64,000 bases of DNA from assembly GCA_050013475.1 (NCBI GenBank), contig JBEKFE010000010.1:64898-128897 (forward strand), written 5' to 3'. Position 1 is the stretch's first letter. Each line of letters opens with the position of its first letter. The notes under the pieces were generated by a model. It had not been told where the DNA came from and made no database searches. It worked only from the letters and a program-made list of their open reading frames with translations. A program made the translations under genes and the position numbers. This document shows, one piece after another, positions 17,680 through 27,223 of the stretch. This DNA comes from Bacteroidales bacterium. Its GTDB lineage: Bacteria > Bacteroidota > Bacteroidia > Bacteroidales > VadinHA17.

Positions 17680-19722
17680 TTACCAGATTTTAACTCTCAG
17701 ACTATCAGGAACCCACAATGCATTACCCTGTTTCACTCCGAATGCTTCGTAGAATTCAGGCATATTCGATAATGGCCCGTTGACACGGAATTTAGCAGGC
17801 GAGTGTTCGTTGCTTTTCACCTGGCTGGCTACGGTTTCGGGGCGTTCATTCACCATCCATGCAAGAGCATATCCCAGGAAGAAACGTTGTGCAGGATTCA
17901 AACCTGCAATTATCGTGTTGTTTTTGTACTGATCAGTTTTCCTGAAAGCCTCAAAAGCCATTATTATGCCCCCCAGATCAGCAATATTCTCGCCCTGTGT
18001 CAGTTCACCATTAATATGCAGGCTGTCAACAGCAATATATTTGTTGAACTGTTTAACGATCATTTTCGTCCTGGCATAGAACCTGCTGCTGTCCTGGCTT
18101 GTCCACCAGTTCTGGAGATTGCCGAGAGAATTGTATTTGGAGCCCTGGTCATCGAATCCATGTGTGATCTCATGCCCGAACGTGGCGCCAATAATAGAAT
18201 AAAGCAGAGCATCATCAGCCATTTTCCCCTCGTAGCCCGGGACGATAATATTACATCCGGGAATACATATCTCGTTGTTGGAAGGATTGTAATAAGCATT
18301 ATATGTTTGAGGTTCCATTTCCCATTCCGTGCGGTCAACAGGCTTGCCGTACTTTGCGATCATATAATTCAATTCCCATTTATTGGCATTCATGATATTT
18401 TTTACAAATGAAGTACGGTCGATCTGCATTGAACTGAGATCTTTCCATTTGTCAGGATAACCGACTTTCATGATAACAGTATTAAGCTTATTCAATGCTT
18501 TCTCTTTTGTAGCATTGCTCATCCAGTCCAGCGCTTTTATTCGGTCAGCATAAACACTCCTGATGACGTTGCCGATTTCAATCAGCTTTTCTTTTGTGCC
18601 CCCGGGCAAATATTCATTAGCATAAACCTGACCAATGAGCTCCCCAAGAGAACCATCGGTTTGTTGTACCACGCGTTTCCATCTTGGCTTGGGCTCCTTG
18701 ACTCCCCTGAGTGTTGCAGAATAAAAGTTAAAAAATTCAAGGTAGGTCCTGTCATCCATATAGCCAGAAAGATTTCTTACGAGATGATACTTGAGATAAT
18801 TTTTCCAGTCATCAATAGAGTACGACCTGAGATAGCCATTAACTGCTTTTAAGAATTCCGGCTGACCTACAATTACGCTGTCGACTTTATGAAGCCCTAT
18901 GCCATCCATAAAAATTTTCCAGTCGATGTCCGGAGTGGATTCAGCAAGCTGTTTAAATGTCATCTTGTGGTAATTCGCCCAGGGATCGCGGGTATCTTCC
19001 CGTTTGCGCGAAGTATTGGCAATTGCGGTTTCAAGCTTCATGAGATCACCTGCGGCAGTTTTCGCTTTATCGTTTGAATATCCCAGGATAGCGAATGCAT
19101 TTTCAAGATGTGTTATAAATTTCTGACGGATCGAGACAGCCCGTGAGTCGGTATCGAAATAAAAATTGCGGTCGGGAAGACTTAGTCCTCCCTGGTAAAT
19201 GATAACAGCTATCTTACTGCTGATCTTGTCATCTTGTCCGACATAAAATCCGAATATGGCATTACCGGCAACTGTACGAATATATGATGCTGCTTTTATA
19301 ATGCCATTGATATCTTTAACAGCATCTATCATGGCGAGGTCGTTCTTTAATTCAGAAATGCCCCGCTTATTGAGAGTTGTACTATCCATACCCGTATAGA
19401 AGAAATCTCCGATCTTTTGCTTGTTACTTCCCCTGGGAGCGTCTTTGATAGCTGCGGAGGATTCGCAAACGTGCCGGACCTGGGCATTGATCGTATCCTG
19501 CACCAGCTGCCAGATGCCATTGCTCTGTTCGTTGGCAGGAATTGGATTTTGCCTGAACCATTTATTGTTGGCAAAAAGAAAAAAATCATCTCCTGCTTTA
19601 ATTGTAGAATCAATATGTGAAACAAGAGCATCACTTACCTGTTCTTTTTTTGATCGGTTACATGATGAAATTGCCACGATCGTAATAAATATGATCAGCA
19701 AAACAGGGAAATGTTTTTTCAT
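17680..19722 (-). CDS. M13 family zinc metallopeptidase (PepO/neprilysin-like), lipoprotein
   Basis: 680 aa. It has a signal peptide plus lipobox (AISSCN), HEITHGFD (HExxH) and GENIADLGG (ExxxD block). Confidence 0.9.
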   Translation of the reverse strand: MKKHFPVLLIIFITIVAISSCNRSKKEQVSDALVSHIDSTIKAGDDFFLFANNKWFRQNPIPANEQSNGIWQLVQDTINAQVRHVCESSAAIKDAPRGSNKQKIGDFFYTGMDSTTLNKRGISELKNDLAMIDAVKDINGIIKAASYIRTVAGNAIFGFYVGQDDKISSKIAVIIYQGGLSLPDRNFYFDTDSRAVSIRQKFITHLENAFAILGYSNDKAKTAAGDLMKLETAIANTSRKREDTRDPWANYHKMTFKQLAESTPDIDWKIFMDGIGLHKVDSVIVGQPEFLKAVNGYLRSYSIDDWKNYLKYHLVRNLSGYMDDRTYLEFFNFYSATLRGVKEPKPRWKRVVQQTDGSLGELIGQVYANEYLPGGTKEKLIEIGNVIRSVYADRIKALDWMSNATKEKALNKLNTVIMKVGYPDKWKDLSSMQIDRTSFVKNIMNANKWELNYMIAKYGKPVDRTEWEMEPQTYNAYYNPSNNEICIPGCNIIVPGYEGKMADDALLYSIIGATFGHEITHGFDDQGSKYNSLGNLQNWWTSQDSSRFYARTKMIVKQFNKYIAVDSLHINGELTQGENIADLGGIIMAFEAFRKTDQYKNNTIIAGLNPAQRFFLGYALAWMVNERPETVASQVKSNEHSPAKFRVNGPLSNMPEFYEAFGVKQGNALWVPDSLRVKIW

Positions 19723-19913
19723 GGTCCGGGATTTTGAAATTATGATCCAAATGTAAGAACTAATACCATTTAATGGATACTTCAGGCATTAAAAATACCG
19801 ATCGTGGCAACTTATCCGAATGGTGGGAGTACAGCCAAGCTTTAACTGGTCGGTTGTCAGGTCTTTTAAGCCAGCGGTACAGCATATAAAAAGATGGACG
19901 CCTGAAAGAGCAG

Positions 19914-20570
19914 TCAGTTTTTTGCAATAAAGATTTTCCCTGTGATCATCACTGTCATTATCTTTAAATCCCTGAAGATCTTTTCATATGACTCCTTAAG
20001 TGATGGGAGTTGGTTACGGCTTATCTTATCGTATATAAACTTGTTAAAAATGACTGTTCCTCCACTCCTCAGTAAATTCCTGATACTTACCAGGAATTGG
20101 TCTGTTTCCAGCTCCTCAGGAACTTTCAGGTCCTTGTAGACATCAATTACGACCAGGTCGAACTTCTTCAGGCAGTCTTTTACGAACAGATCTGCACTGG
20201 CACAATGAATGGTTACATTTTTAAACAGATCAGTTTTAAAATATTTCTCGCCAAGTTCTATTACTTTATTATCTATCTCTACGCCGTCAATTATACAATC
20301 TGGTTTATACCTGCCTATAATTTCAGCTACGCTGCCTGTGCCAAATCCAAGAATTAAAACGTTATTTATCTCTGTCCAGTCCAGTTTTAATTTTCTGAAT
20401 ATTCTTTGAAACAGGGCATGAAGGGATCCGTAAGAATAATTTGTGTTTTCACTATTGAGTGAGTATTTGCCACCATTAAGCACGATCTCCAGAACAGGGT
20501 TGCACAGACTACTGGTTACTTCGACAGTGATGGGATATAAATAGCTTAATAAATAGTCCATTTTTTTCAC
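19914..20570 (-). CDS. Spermidine-synthase-like class I methyltransferase-fold protein
   Basis: 218 aa. VLILGFGTGSVAEII, DGVEIDNKVIELGEKYF and DLVVIDVY are typical of the spermidine/spermine synthase-like fold. Confidence 0.6.
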   Translation of the reverse strand: MKKMDYLLSYLYPITVEVTSSLCNPVLEIVLNGGKYSLNSENTNYSYGSLHALFQRIFRKLKLDWTEINNVLILGFGTGSVAEIIGRYKPDCIIDGVEIDNKVIELGEKYFKTDLFKNVTIHCASADLFVKDCLKKFDLVVIDVYKDLKVPEELETDQFLVSIRNLLRSGGTVIFNKFIYDKISRNQLPSLKESYEKIFRDLKIMTVMITGKIFIAKN

Positions 20571-20639
20571 GGCAGCAGGTACTGGAACTTTGGAAACGGG
20601 AAAATGGGAAGCAAGTTATAATTAAATGCAAATAATGGT

Positions 20640-21686
20640 TTAACTGTTTTTCATGCAAATTCCCGGATAAAGGAGCTGCAATTTTTTTAAAGAGAATAAA
20701 AACGCCACATTCTCAACAACAGGGAACTTTTCATCGCACTTACTGCAAATAAACGAATGATCTTTCCGGTATAATTTTGACTCAAACCCGCTTTCAAGAC
20801 ACGAAGGGCAAATAAGAAGTTCATTGATGGCGGTTATTTCATTTTTGAGAACACCTGATTTCCGGCAAATCCCGGAAATACCTCCGCCAAATAAAGAGGC
20901 TAAAAAATTTCTTACAGAATGCTTTGGATTAAACAGTTCCGAATCAAAATGTCTTAAATAATGCAATTTAACTTTTTTCTCCCCGAAATTACTCAGAGCC
21001 TGCTTCCAGATCCTGAGAGATATATCATCGTTCTCAATTATCCCATATTCAACCTCGTTGCAGTTACTGGCTGAAAAGAAGTGATCAAAGATCTTTCTGA
21101 TATAGCCTGCCCTTAAAGATTCTTGCGAGTATATTTTTTTTCTTTTGTACAGGTTAACATGAAGTATCCTCCTGTACGGTTCCTCGTCAAAGAAAAAATG
21201 ACCACCACCGGATAGTACCCTGTGCACTTCTTTCACAACCGGGGCAGGGTCAGGAAAATGATGAAGGGTCTCATAACAAAACACAAAAGGAACCGAGTTG
21301 GACAAAAATGGCAAATTATTCGCATCACAGCATATTCTCAGGGGCTCCTTATTCTTATTGAAAATATGCTTGTAATGATCGCAGCTTTTAAGCATATCGA
21401 AAGAGATATCTGCCGCCGCCCCGGAAGAGCCAATTTCATTCTCCATTACCAGCGATCTCTGGCATCTTTCTGCCCCGATCTCTAAATAGGGCGACAGAAT
21501 AACCCCGGACTCCTTCAGCTGAACCATTTGGTCGCAGGTGTTCTTCATCCTGTCAAGGAGTATCTCCTCCATGGCGTTTGGATCAAACTCATCATCAAAA
21601 ATTGATTTACCCTCAACCTGTTGCTGAAAGAGTTTGCTTCTGAACTCGATTTCACCTTTCTGGGCTATAACTGATTGTTGTTTCAT
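20640..21686 (-). CDS. Class I SAM-dependent methyltransferase with C-terminal zinc-ribbon-like motif
   Basis: 348 aa. A Methyltransf_11-like block is present (FVFCYETLHHFPDPAPVVKEVHRVLSGGGHFFF), along with a C-terminal CPSC...CSKC. Confidence 0.65.
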   Translation of the reverse strand: MKQQSVIAQKGEIEFRSKLFQQQVEGKSIFDDEFDPNAMEEILLDRMKNTCDQMVQLKESGVILSPYLEIGAERCQRSLVMENEIGSSGAAADISFDMLKSCDHYKHIFNKNKEPLRICCDANNLPFLSNSVPFVFCYETLHHFPDPAPVVKEVHRVLSGGGHFFFDEEPYRRILHVNLYKRKKIYSQESLRAGYIRKIFDHFFSASNCNEVEYGIIENDDISLRIWKQALSNFGEKKVKLHYLRHFDSELFNPKHSVRNFLASLFGGGISGICRKSGVLKNEITAINELLICPSCLESGFESKLYRKDHSFICSKCDEKFPVVENVAFLFSLKKLQLLYPGICMKNS

Positions 21687-21961
21687 TACAACTGATCCTG
21701 TTTGAATTAGTCAGATTGACAGAACAAATATAATAAGTTGGGAGCAGTCATTTAGCATATGCGATCAAATCAACCATCTGCCACTTCGTCCAGTTGCCCA
21801 AATAACCTTGTCTCCTGACTGATATGTGGTCAATACCACTTTATTTCTGCAAAATGTGTTCAGGGGAGTTGGTTTTCCAATATGAAGCATTTTAGATATC
21901 TTTACCTGACCTGACTGTTGCAATTAAGTCTGAAGATGAACACTCTATAATAATTCAACCT

Positions 21962-23407
21962 ATGAAAACTAAAGCTATTAACTCCGGGAGTAAATTATTT
22001 CATTGCCTTTTCACAGTGACTTTTTTATTTCTCTGTATTATCCAGGCTTATGGTCAGAAAAGAGAATTTAAAGAAGCGCAGATATTCATTACTTCCAGGG
22101 ATCCTGAACAACTTCTGGTAAATCACGGTTTCAGTCCTTTTGAACCACTTGAACAGCCTGATGAAAACTATCCGACGATCATGATCGATGTTGATAAAAC
22201 CTTCCAGACCATTGAGGGTTTTGGCGGTGCATTTACAGATGCTTCTGCAATCACCTTTTCAAAACTTCCGAAGGAATCTCAGGACAAGATCCTGAAGGCA
22301 GACTTTGATCCGGCAGAGGGTAATGGATACACATTGTGCCGTACAACCATTCATAGTTCTGATTATTCAGAAGAGATGTATACCTACGATGATGTTACCG
22401 GTGACAAGGAACTTAAAAATTTTAGTATCGCACATGATGAAAAGTACCGGATCCCTTTTATTAAAAAAGCGCTGGAAGCTTCAAAAGGGAACATCAGAAT
22501 TTTTGCTTCTCCATGGAGCCCACCTGCCTGGATGAAGACAAACGATGAAATGCTGCATGGTGGCAAACTAAGACCGGAGTATTCACAGACCTGGGCAGAC
22601 TATTTTGTAAAATATATTAAAGCATATAAGTCAGCCGGACTTCCTATATGGGGTCTGACTGTTCAAAACGAAGCCATGGCAACTCAGGTCTGGGAATCAT
22701 GTATATACACGGCAAAAGAAGAAAAGGATTTTGTACGCGATTATCTGGGTCCAGCTCTGGTAAAAAACGGATTAGGTGATACTAAAATAATGATCTGGGA
22801 TCATAATCGTGGGATCATGTATCAGAGGGTCGAAGCTGCCTATGAAGATCCGGAAGCATCAAAATATATCTGGGGAACAGCATTTCACTGGTATGTGGGT
22901 GATCATTTTGACAATGTCCGTCTGGTACACGATGCTTTTCCTGATAAAAAACTTTTGTACACTGAGGCTGGAATGGATGGATCCTGGAACTCCGCGATCC
23001 GTATCGCCAGGAATATGATCATGGATTTAAACAACTGGTGCAATGGATACACATTCTGGAACATACTTCTCGACCAGACCGGAGGACCTCGTCATGCAGG
23101 TGGCTTACCCTCATCGGGCAGATCAAATATTATTACCGCTGATTTAAAAACAGGAGAAGTCACATTCAATCCCCCGCATTACACCTTTGGTCAGTTTTCG
23201 AGATTTATAAAGCCTGGCGCCAAAAGGATCGCATGCACTTCATCGAGTGATGATTTTATCGCTACGGCATTTATCAATCCTGATGGGAAAATTGCTGCGG
23301 TAATTCTCAATCTGAAAAATACCGAAAATATACTGCAATTATGGGTGGATGGGAAAGCGTTAAAACTTAGAAGTCCGGCTGAAGCTGTTATCACAATAGT
23401 TTTATAA
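21962..23407 (+). CDS. Glycoside hydrolase family 30 (glucosylceramidase-like), secreted
   Basis: 481 aa with a signal peptide. Motifs: GFGGAFTDASA, ASPWSPPAWMKTN, WGLTVQNE (acid/base Glu) and LLYTEAG (nucleophile region). Confidence 0.9.
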   Translation: MKTKAINSGSKLFHCLFTVTFLFLCIIQAYGQKREFKEAQIFITSRDPEQLLVNHGFSPFEPLEQPDENYPTIMIDVDKTFQTIEGFGGAFTDASAITFSKLPKESQDKILKADFDPAEGNGYTLCRTTIHSSDYSEEMYTYDDVTGDKELKNFSIAHDEKYRIPFIKKALEASKGNIRIFASPWSPPAWMKTNDEMLHGGKLRPEYSQTWADYFVKYIKAYKSAGLPIWGLTVQNEAMATQVWESCIYTAKEEKDFVRDYLGPALVKNGLGDTKIMIWDHNRGIMYQRVEAAYEDPEASKYIWGTAFHWYVGDHFDNVRLVHDAFPDKKLLYTEAGMDGSWNSAIRIARNMIMDLNNWCNGYTFWNILLDQTGGPRHAGGLPSSGRSNIITADLKTGEVTFNPPHYTFGQFSRFIKPGAKRIACTSSSDDFIATAFINPDGKIAAVILNLKNTENILQLWVDGKALKLRSPAEAVITIVL

Positions 23408-23487
23408 GATATTGCAATTCAAGCATCTCTGAAAGTTTATTCCCCAATTCATCGCTGGTGACCGGGAACACCTGACATACACAATAA

Positions 23488-23533
23488 AATATCTTCCGAA
23501 TGACCAGGTCGAACCTTTCATCCGGAAGATATT
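23488..23533. terminator. Long imperfect hairpin between convergent genes (probable bidirectional terminator)
   Basis: An 11-bp perfect outer stem aatatcttccg / cggaagatatt has inner atga/tcat and aggt/acct pairs. It is flanked by a T-run on the minus-strand side (ATTTTATTGT). A second small hairpin, gctcc-ttcgggtaag-ggagc, lies at about 23577-23596. Confidence 0.45.
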
Positions 23534-23617
23534 ATTCAACATAGAATGATGCTGCTGTAATGTATTTTCATTAAATGCTCCTTCGGGTAAGGGAGCAGAC
23601 AAGCAGCTGACAATATT

Positions 23618-23893
23618 CTATTTCTTTGTATTATCTGCTTTCGCACGATATTCCAGGGCGTGTCTTAGTGACACAACAGCCTTCTTTGAATCAGTTATGG
23701 CCTGGGCTTTGTAACCGCCGAAATCACTTGGTGCTTTCTCGAGATAATCGATAGCGCTTTCAAGCTCTTTAATGGCAGAAACGATCCTCGGGTGCTCGGA
23801 TGCCTCGGTTTTTACATTCTGCTGGTAACAAACAAACGCTGTTGCGCCAAAAAATACAACAGCCAGCATGATTGCTAAAAGTTTCTTTTTCAT
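23618..23893 (-). CDS. Small secreted hypothetical protein
   Basis: 91 aa with signal/anchor MKKKLLAIMLAVVFFGATAFV followed by a helical soluble part. No family recognised. Confidence 0.5.
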   Translation of the reverse strand: MKKKLLAIMLAVVFFGATAFVCYQQNVKTEASEHPRIVSAIKELESAIDYLEKAPSDFGGYKAQAITDSKKAVVSLRHALEYRAKADNTKK

Positions 23894-24065
23894 GATTTCT
23901 ACTTTTAAGTTTGACTTAATGGTTTATTAATGGATAAAGAACATCATAATCACCTTTCTGAATCAAACTGTTCCGGACTTCAAAATTACAATTTTACATT
24001 TATCATGTTACATTATAGGATAATTTTTATTGATGAATAATGACCTTGATTTTCAGATTATAGAC

Positions 24066-24328
24066 TTATTCAAGCTTATAAACAGCAGCCGAGACAGGTG
24101 GCAGTTGAACCGTGTCGGGACCTTTTCTGCCGATTCTGTAATTGCTTTTTGTGGTTTTACCTAATATGAAAGTTGCCTTGTCTTCAACCTCGGACGTTAT
24201 TGTCGTTTCAACCTTATTACCGGAGGGATCTGATAAAAGACTGCACTTTTCAGCCAGCCCGGGTTACTCCGTTGTGCAAAAGATGCAAAACAGATCAAAA
24301 GACCTGCTATAATTGTCAATTTTTTCAT
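24066..24328 (-). pseudogene. Decayed remnant of an alpha-amylase family (GH13-like) gene
   Basis: Reverse-strand ATG at 24328 gives MKKLTIIAGLLICFASFAQRSNPGWLKSAVFYQIPPVIRLKRQ*. That is a signal peptide followed by the W-x-K-x-A-V-F-Y-Q-I motif that opens GH13 catalytic domains. A different frame then reads ...TFILGKTTKSNYRIGRKGPDTVQLPPVSAAVYKLE*, resembling a GH13 C-terminal beta-domain end. About 400-500 aa of a normal enzyme are missing. Confidence 0.4.
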
Positions 24329-24373
24329 AAAATATTATGATTGTTTTAAATTCCTGCGGTAGATCAGCGTTGA

Positions 24374-27214
24374 TCAATCAGCTTTTTCATTTCCGTTGCC
24401 GATAAGTACAAATGGTGACCAGTAAACCGGCTGAGGATATTCCTTTATCACATCACGCTCTGAAAGAGTAAGTGCCTCCTGCATTGAGTGGTCCTTAAGA
24501 TAGCTGTAGAATTTTGCCATGAGCAATGCTGTCGGATAATCAGCTACAGACCATAGACTTACAATAACTGATGCCGATCCTGCAAACAGAAAGGCCCTGC
24601 TTAATCCGGTAATTTCATCGCCCTGGCTCAAATTACCAAGGCCGGTTTCGCATGCACTAAGCGTAACAAGCTTTGCATTCAGGTTCAGCTCAAAAACTTC
24701 AAAGACATTTAACCTTCCGTCATCTTCATCTGACGGAGGGAAAAGCAGACATGAATAGAGAGGCTGCCGGTAATTATAGCTGCCGTGAGTCGCAAAATGA
24801 AGGAAATTATAGTTTCCTGCATTTTTCTTGACAAATGTTTCCGTGCTTTGTTTTCCGAAAGCGGATAAATTGTCAGAAAACAACGGCAGGATTTTCCTCA
24901 ATTCATCATCTGTCCCCGGAAGTCCCGGATTATTGCCAACTGAGACATCTGACAATGCCACACCAATAAACCTGGAACCGGTCCTTACCAGCTTGTCATT
25001 GCATAGTACATAGACTGAAGCGGAGGGAGAATACACAAGATTGTATTTTTGAACAAGGTATTCACCTTTGCCGTTAATCAACGCCTGATATGGGAGAAAA
25101 TGCAGAGACTGGTTTGGTATTATGACAAGATCTGAAAAAGATGCGATATTATTCTCAACCGGGCCGATCAATAATCTGTAGAGCTCTGACAACCCTGATG
25201 TATATTCATCTTTAAAATTATTCTTTATGGAGCTTCTGGTTTTCTGAATAAGGTCATTCAGATCCGTATTGCTGATCTGGACTGTTTTGGAGATGATCCC
25301 GGAATGGGTTATTACCCATATTATCAATCCTTTGCTGCTTACCCAGTATTCAAGAGCAGCTGTCTTCGGATCAAGTCTTGACTGGATATCCTGCAGGCTC
25401 ACTGGTTTTGCGGTAATCATTTCGGCATATGCCGGATTATTGAGCTTGATCTTCTGAATAAGATCTTCGTATTCGGCCTGAACCTCGGTCAGCGCACTCT
25501 TGACCTGTTTTATATCTGATATTGCTTCTCCTCTTTCAGAACCTTCTGAGCTGCCTTTCTGCAGGAGCTTGTAAAGCTTCTGCATTTCAATTCTTTTCTC
25601 CTGCTCCTGAGAAACAAGGTCTTCCTGGGTTGCACCTCTGAAGTTTATTTTCTTATTGGAAAGGATATCATAGAAAGCTCTGGCCCGCGCCTTTTCCGAA
25701 ATCTGAAATCCGTCGACCGGAAGGTTATTTTTAAGCAGCAGGTTGATAAGCTTGTCGTAAACTTCCCGCTTGCTGTCGAAATATATGCTCTTGAATTCAT
25801 CAATTGTCAGATTGCCTCTGATTTTTTCAATAACTGAGATAGAATTCCTGTATGATTCTATAGCTTTCATATCCTGACCCTCTCCTTCATACATTCTGCC
25901 TAAATGAAACCAGGCCTGCCAGATTGTCTCGGGATACTCAGCAGCCTGTTTGGCTGAATCAAGCAATTGCTCTGCAATGCTATAATCGCCTTTATCGACC
26001 ATCAGCTTCCCTTCCAGCAGCTGTGTGTTGGCAACTCCCTGCAGGTTTCGTGATTGATGGAACATTCGGGCCGCCTGATCAAGTGAAAGCATAGCACTGT
26101 CCGGTTTCCCATCGTGGATAAAAATTTCTGATAGACGGAGTGCTGATATCCCGGTGCCGGTAACTGATCCTTCCGCCGTAAAATATTTGTTGGCACTGAC
26201 TACATCTCCCAGCCTCAGATCAAGTGATGCTTCGAGGCTGCCTGTCTTCATCGATATTGTATCTTTTGCAAGGCGCGCATCCCTGTAATATCTTTCTGCT
26301 TTTTTCATATCGCCCAGATCGCGATAGATATCACCCATTCCTATCGTAGCCCAGATTATCTGGCCAGCAATCCTGAATTTTCTGGCATCATTCAGGGCTT
26401 TTTCCTGGTCCCTGAGCGCATCTTCATATTCTCCAAGAGAAGTTGATATTGCTGAAAGCATCTGATCATGACGGGCGGTTCCCATTTTAAGCTCATCGGC
26501 AATTGTCATGGATTGTTTTATAAAATTCCGGGCATTTGTAAAATCACCGAGATCAGAAAAGAGGCTTCCCATCGTAAGATAGGATTCCATCTCACCCTTT
26601 CTGTCGCCTGCCTGTTTGAAAATTGCCAGGGCTTTAACTGTATAATCCTGTGACCTGTCCAACCTGCCCATCACAGAATATAATTGCCCGAGAGCCAGAT
26701 AGTTATCAGCAATTGTCAGCCTGTGGACATTTTTAAGGCTCTGCTCCATTCCCTCGCCGAGAGCAAGCGATTTTTCAATTGATAAAATACCTGCCTGATA
26801 AGAACCCATATATACATAAATCTTCCCTGCCTGGCGATAATCTTCTATCCTTCCCAGAAGGTTATTATCGGCTGAATCCAGCGCCATGGAATTTCGTACA
26901 TGCAGGTGAGCCTGATCATATTGCCCCATCATTTCATAACAATTGGCTATCTTCTTGTTAACATTTGATTCCATGGAGAGATTGCGGTATATTCCAAGCT
27001 TCCGGCTGGAATTCAGCATGAGATCATAATGTTTTACAGCCTCAAGATAATTATGATTATTAAAAAAGCTGTCACCCTGGTTTTGTTCCTGCGTCACGAG
27101 TATTGAAGGTGTAACACAACTACAGATAAAAAGTATCATTGCAGGTATAACAAATGACAAAAAAACAGCTATTTTTTTTGTTTTCTTAACAGGGCCGGGT
27201 CTTGTTATTTTCAT
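24374..27214 (-). CDS. TPR-repeat CHAT-domain (caspase-like) protein with N-terminal signal anchor/lipobox
   Basis: 946 aa. The N-terminus is KKTKKIAVFLSFVIPAMILFICSCV. It has a long TPR array. The C-terminal CHAT domain carries the His/Cys dyad context FLHFATHGSYN and LVTLSACETGLG. Confidence 0.85.
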   Translation of the reverse strand: MKITRPGPVKKTKKIAVFLSFVIPAMILFICSCVTPSILVTQEQNQGDSFFNNHNYLEAVKHYDLMLNSSRKLGIYRNLSMESNVNKKIANCYEMMGQYDQAHLHVRNSMALDSADNNLLGRIEDYRQAGKIYVYMGSYQAGILSIEKSLALGEGMEQSLKNVHRLTIADNYLALGQLYSVMGRLDRSQDYTVKALAIFKQAGDRKGEMESYLTMGSLFSDLGDFTNARNFIKQSMTIADELKMGTARHDQMLSAISTSLGEYEDALRDQEKALNDARKFRIAGQIIWATIGMGDIYRDLGDMKKAERYYRDARLAKDTISMKTGSLEASLDLRLGDVVSANKYFTAEGSVTGTGISALRLSEIFIHDGKPDSAMLSLDQAARMFHQSRNLQGVANTQLLEGKLMVDKGDYSIAEQLLDSAKQAAEYPETIWQAWFHLGRMYEGEGQDMKAIESYRNSISVIEKIRGNLTIDEFKSIYFDSKREVYDKLINLLLKNNLPVDGFQISEKARARAFYDILSNKKINFRGATQEDLVSQEQEKRIEMQKLYKLLQKGSSEGSERGEAISDIKQVKSALTEVQAEYEDLIQKIKLNNPAYAEMITAKPVSLQDIQSRLDPKTAALEYWVSSKGLIIWVITHSGIISKTVQISNTDLNDLIQKTRSSIKNNFKDEYTSGLSELYRLLIGPVENNIASFSDLVIIPNQSLHFLPYQALINGKGEYLVQKYNLVYSPSASVYVLCNDKLVRTGSRFIGVALSDVSVGNNPGLPGTDDELRKILPLFSDNLSAFGKQSTETFVKKNAGNYNFLHFATHGSYNYRQPLYSCLLFPPSDEDDGRLNVFEVFELNLNAKLVTLSACETGLGNLSQGDEITGLSRAFLFAGSASVIVSLWSVADYPTALLMAKFYSYLKDHSMQEALTLSERDVIKEYPQPVYWSPFVLIGNGNEKAD

Positions 27215-27223
27215 GGATTATAT

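Noticed and set aside
23402-23602. 66-aa minus-strand ORF between GH30 and the small secreted protein gene
   Set aside because: It spans the hairpin-rich convergent intergenic region. It has no start context, and its composition is driven by palindromes. It is better explained as terminator structures.
24374-27214. TPR-CHAT as the Csx29-like partner of a type III-E CRISPR (gRAMP/Cas7-11) system
   Set aside because: There is no CRISPR array, no cas gene and no large Cas7-fusion ORF anywhere in the window. The protein has an export signal or anchor and sits in an operon with outer-membrane-type proteins.
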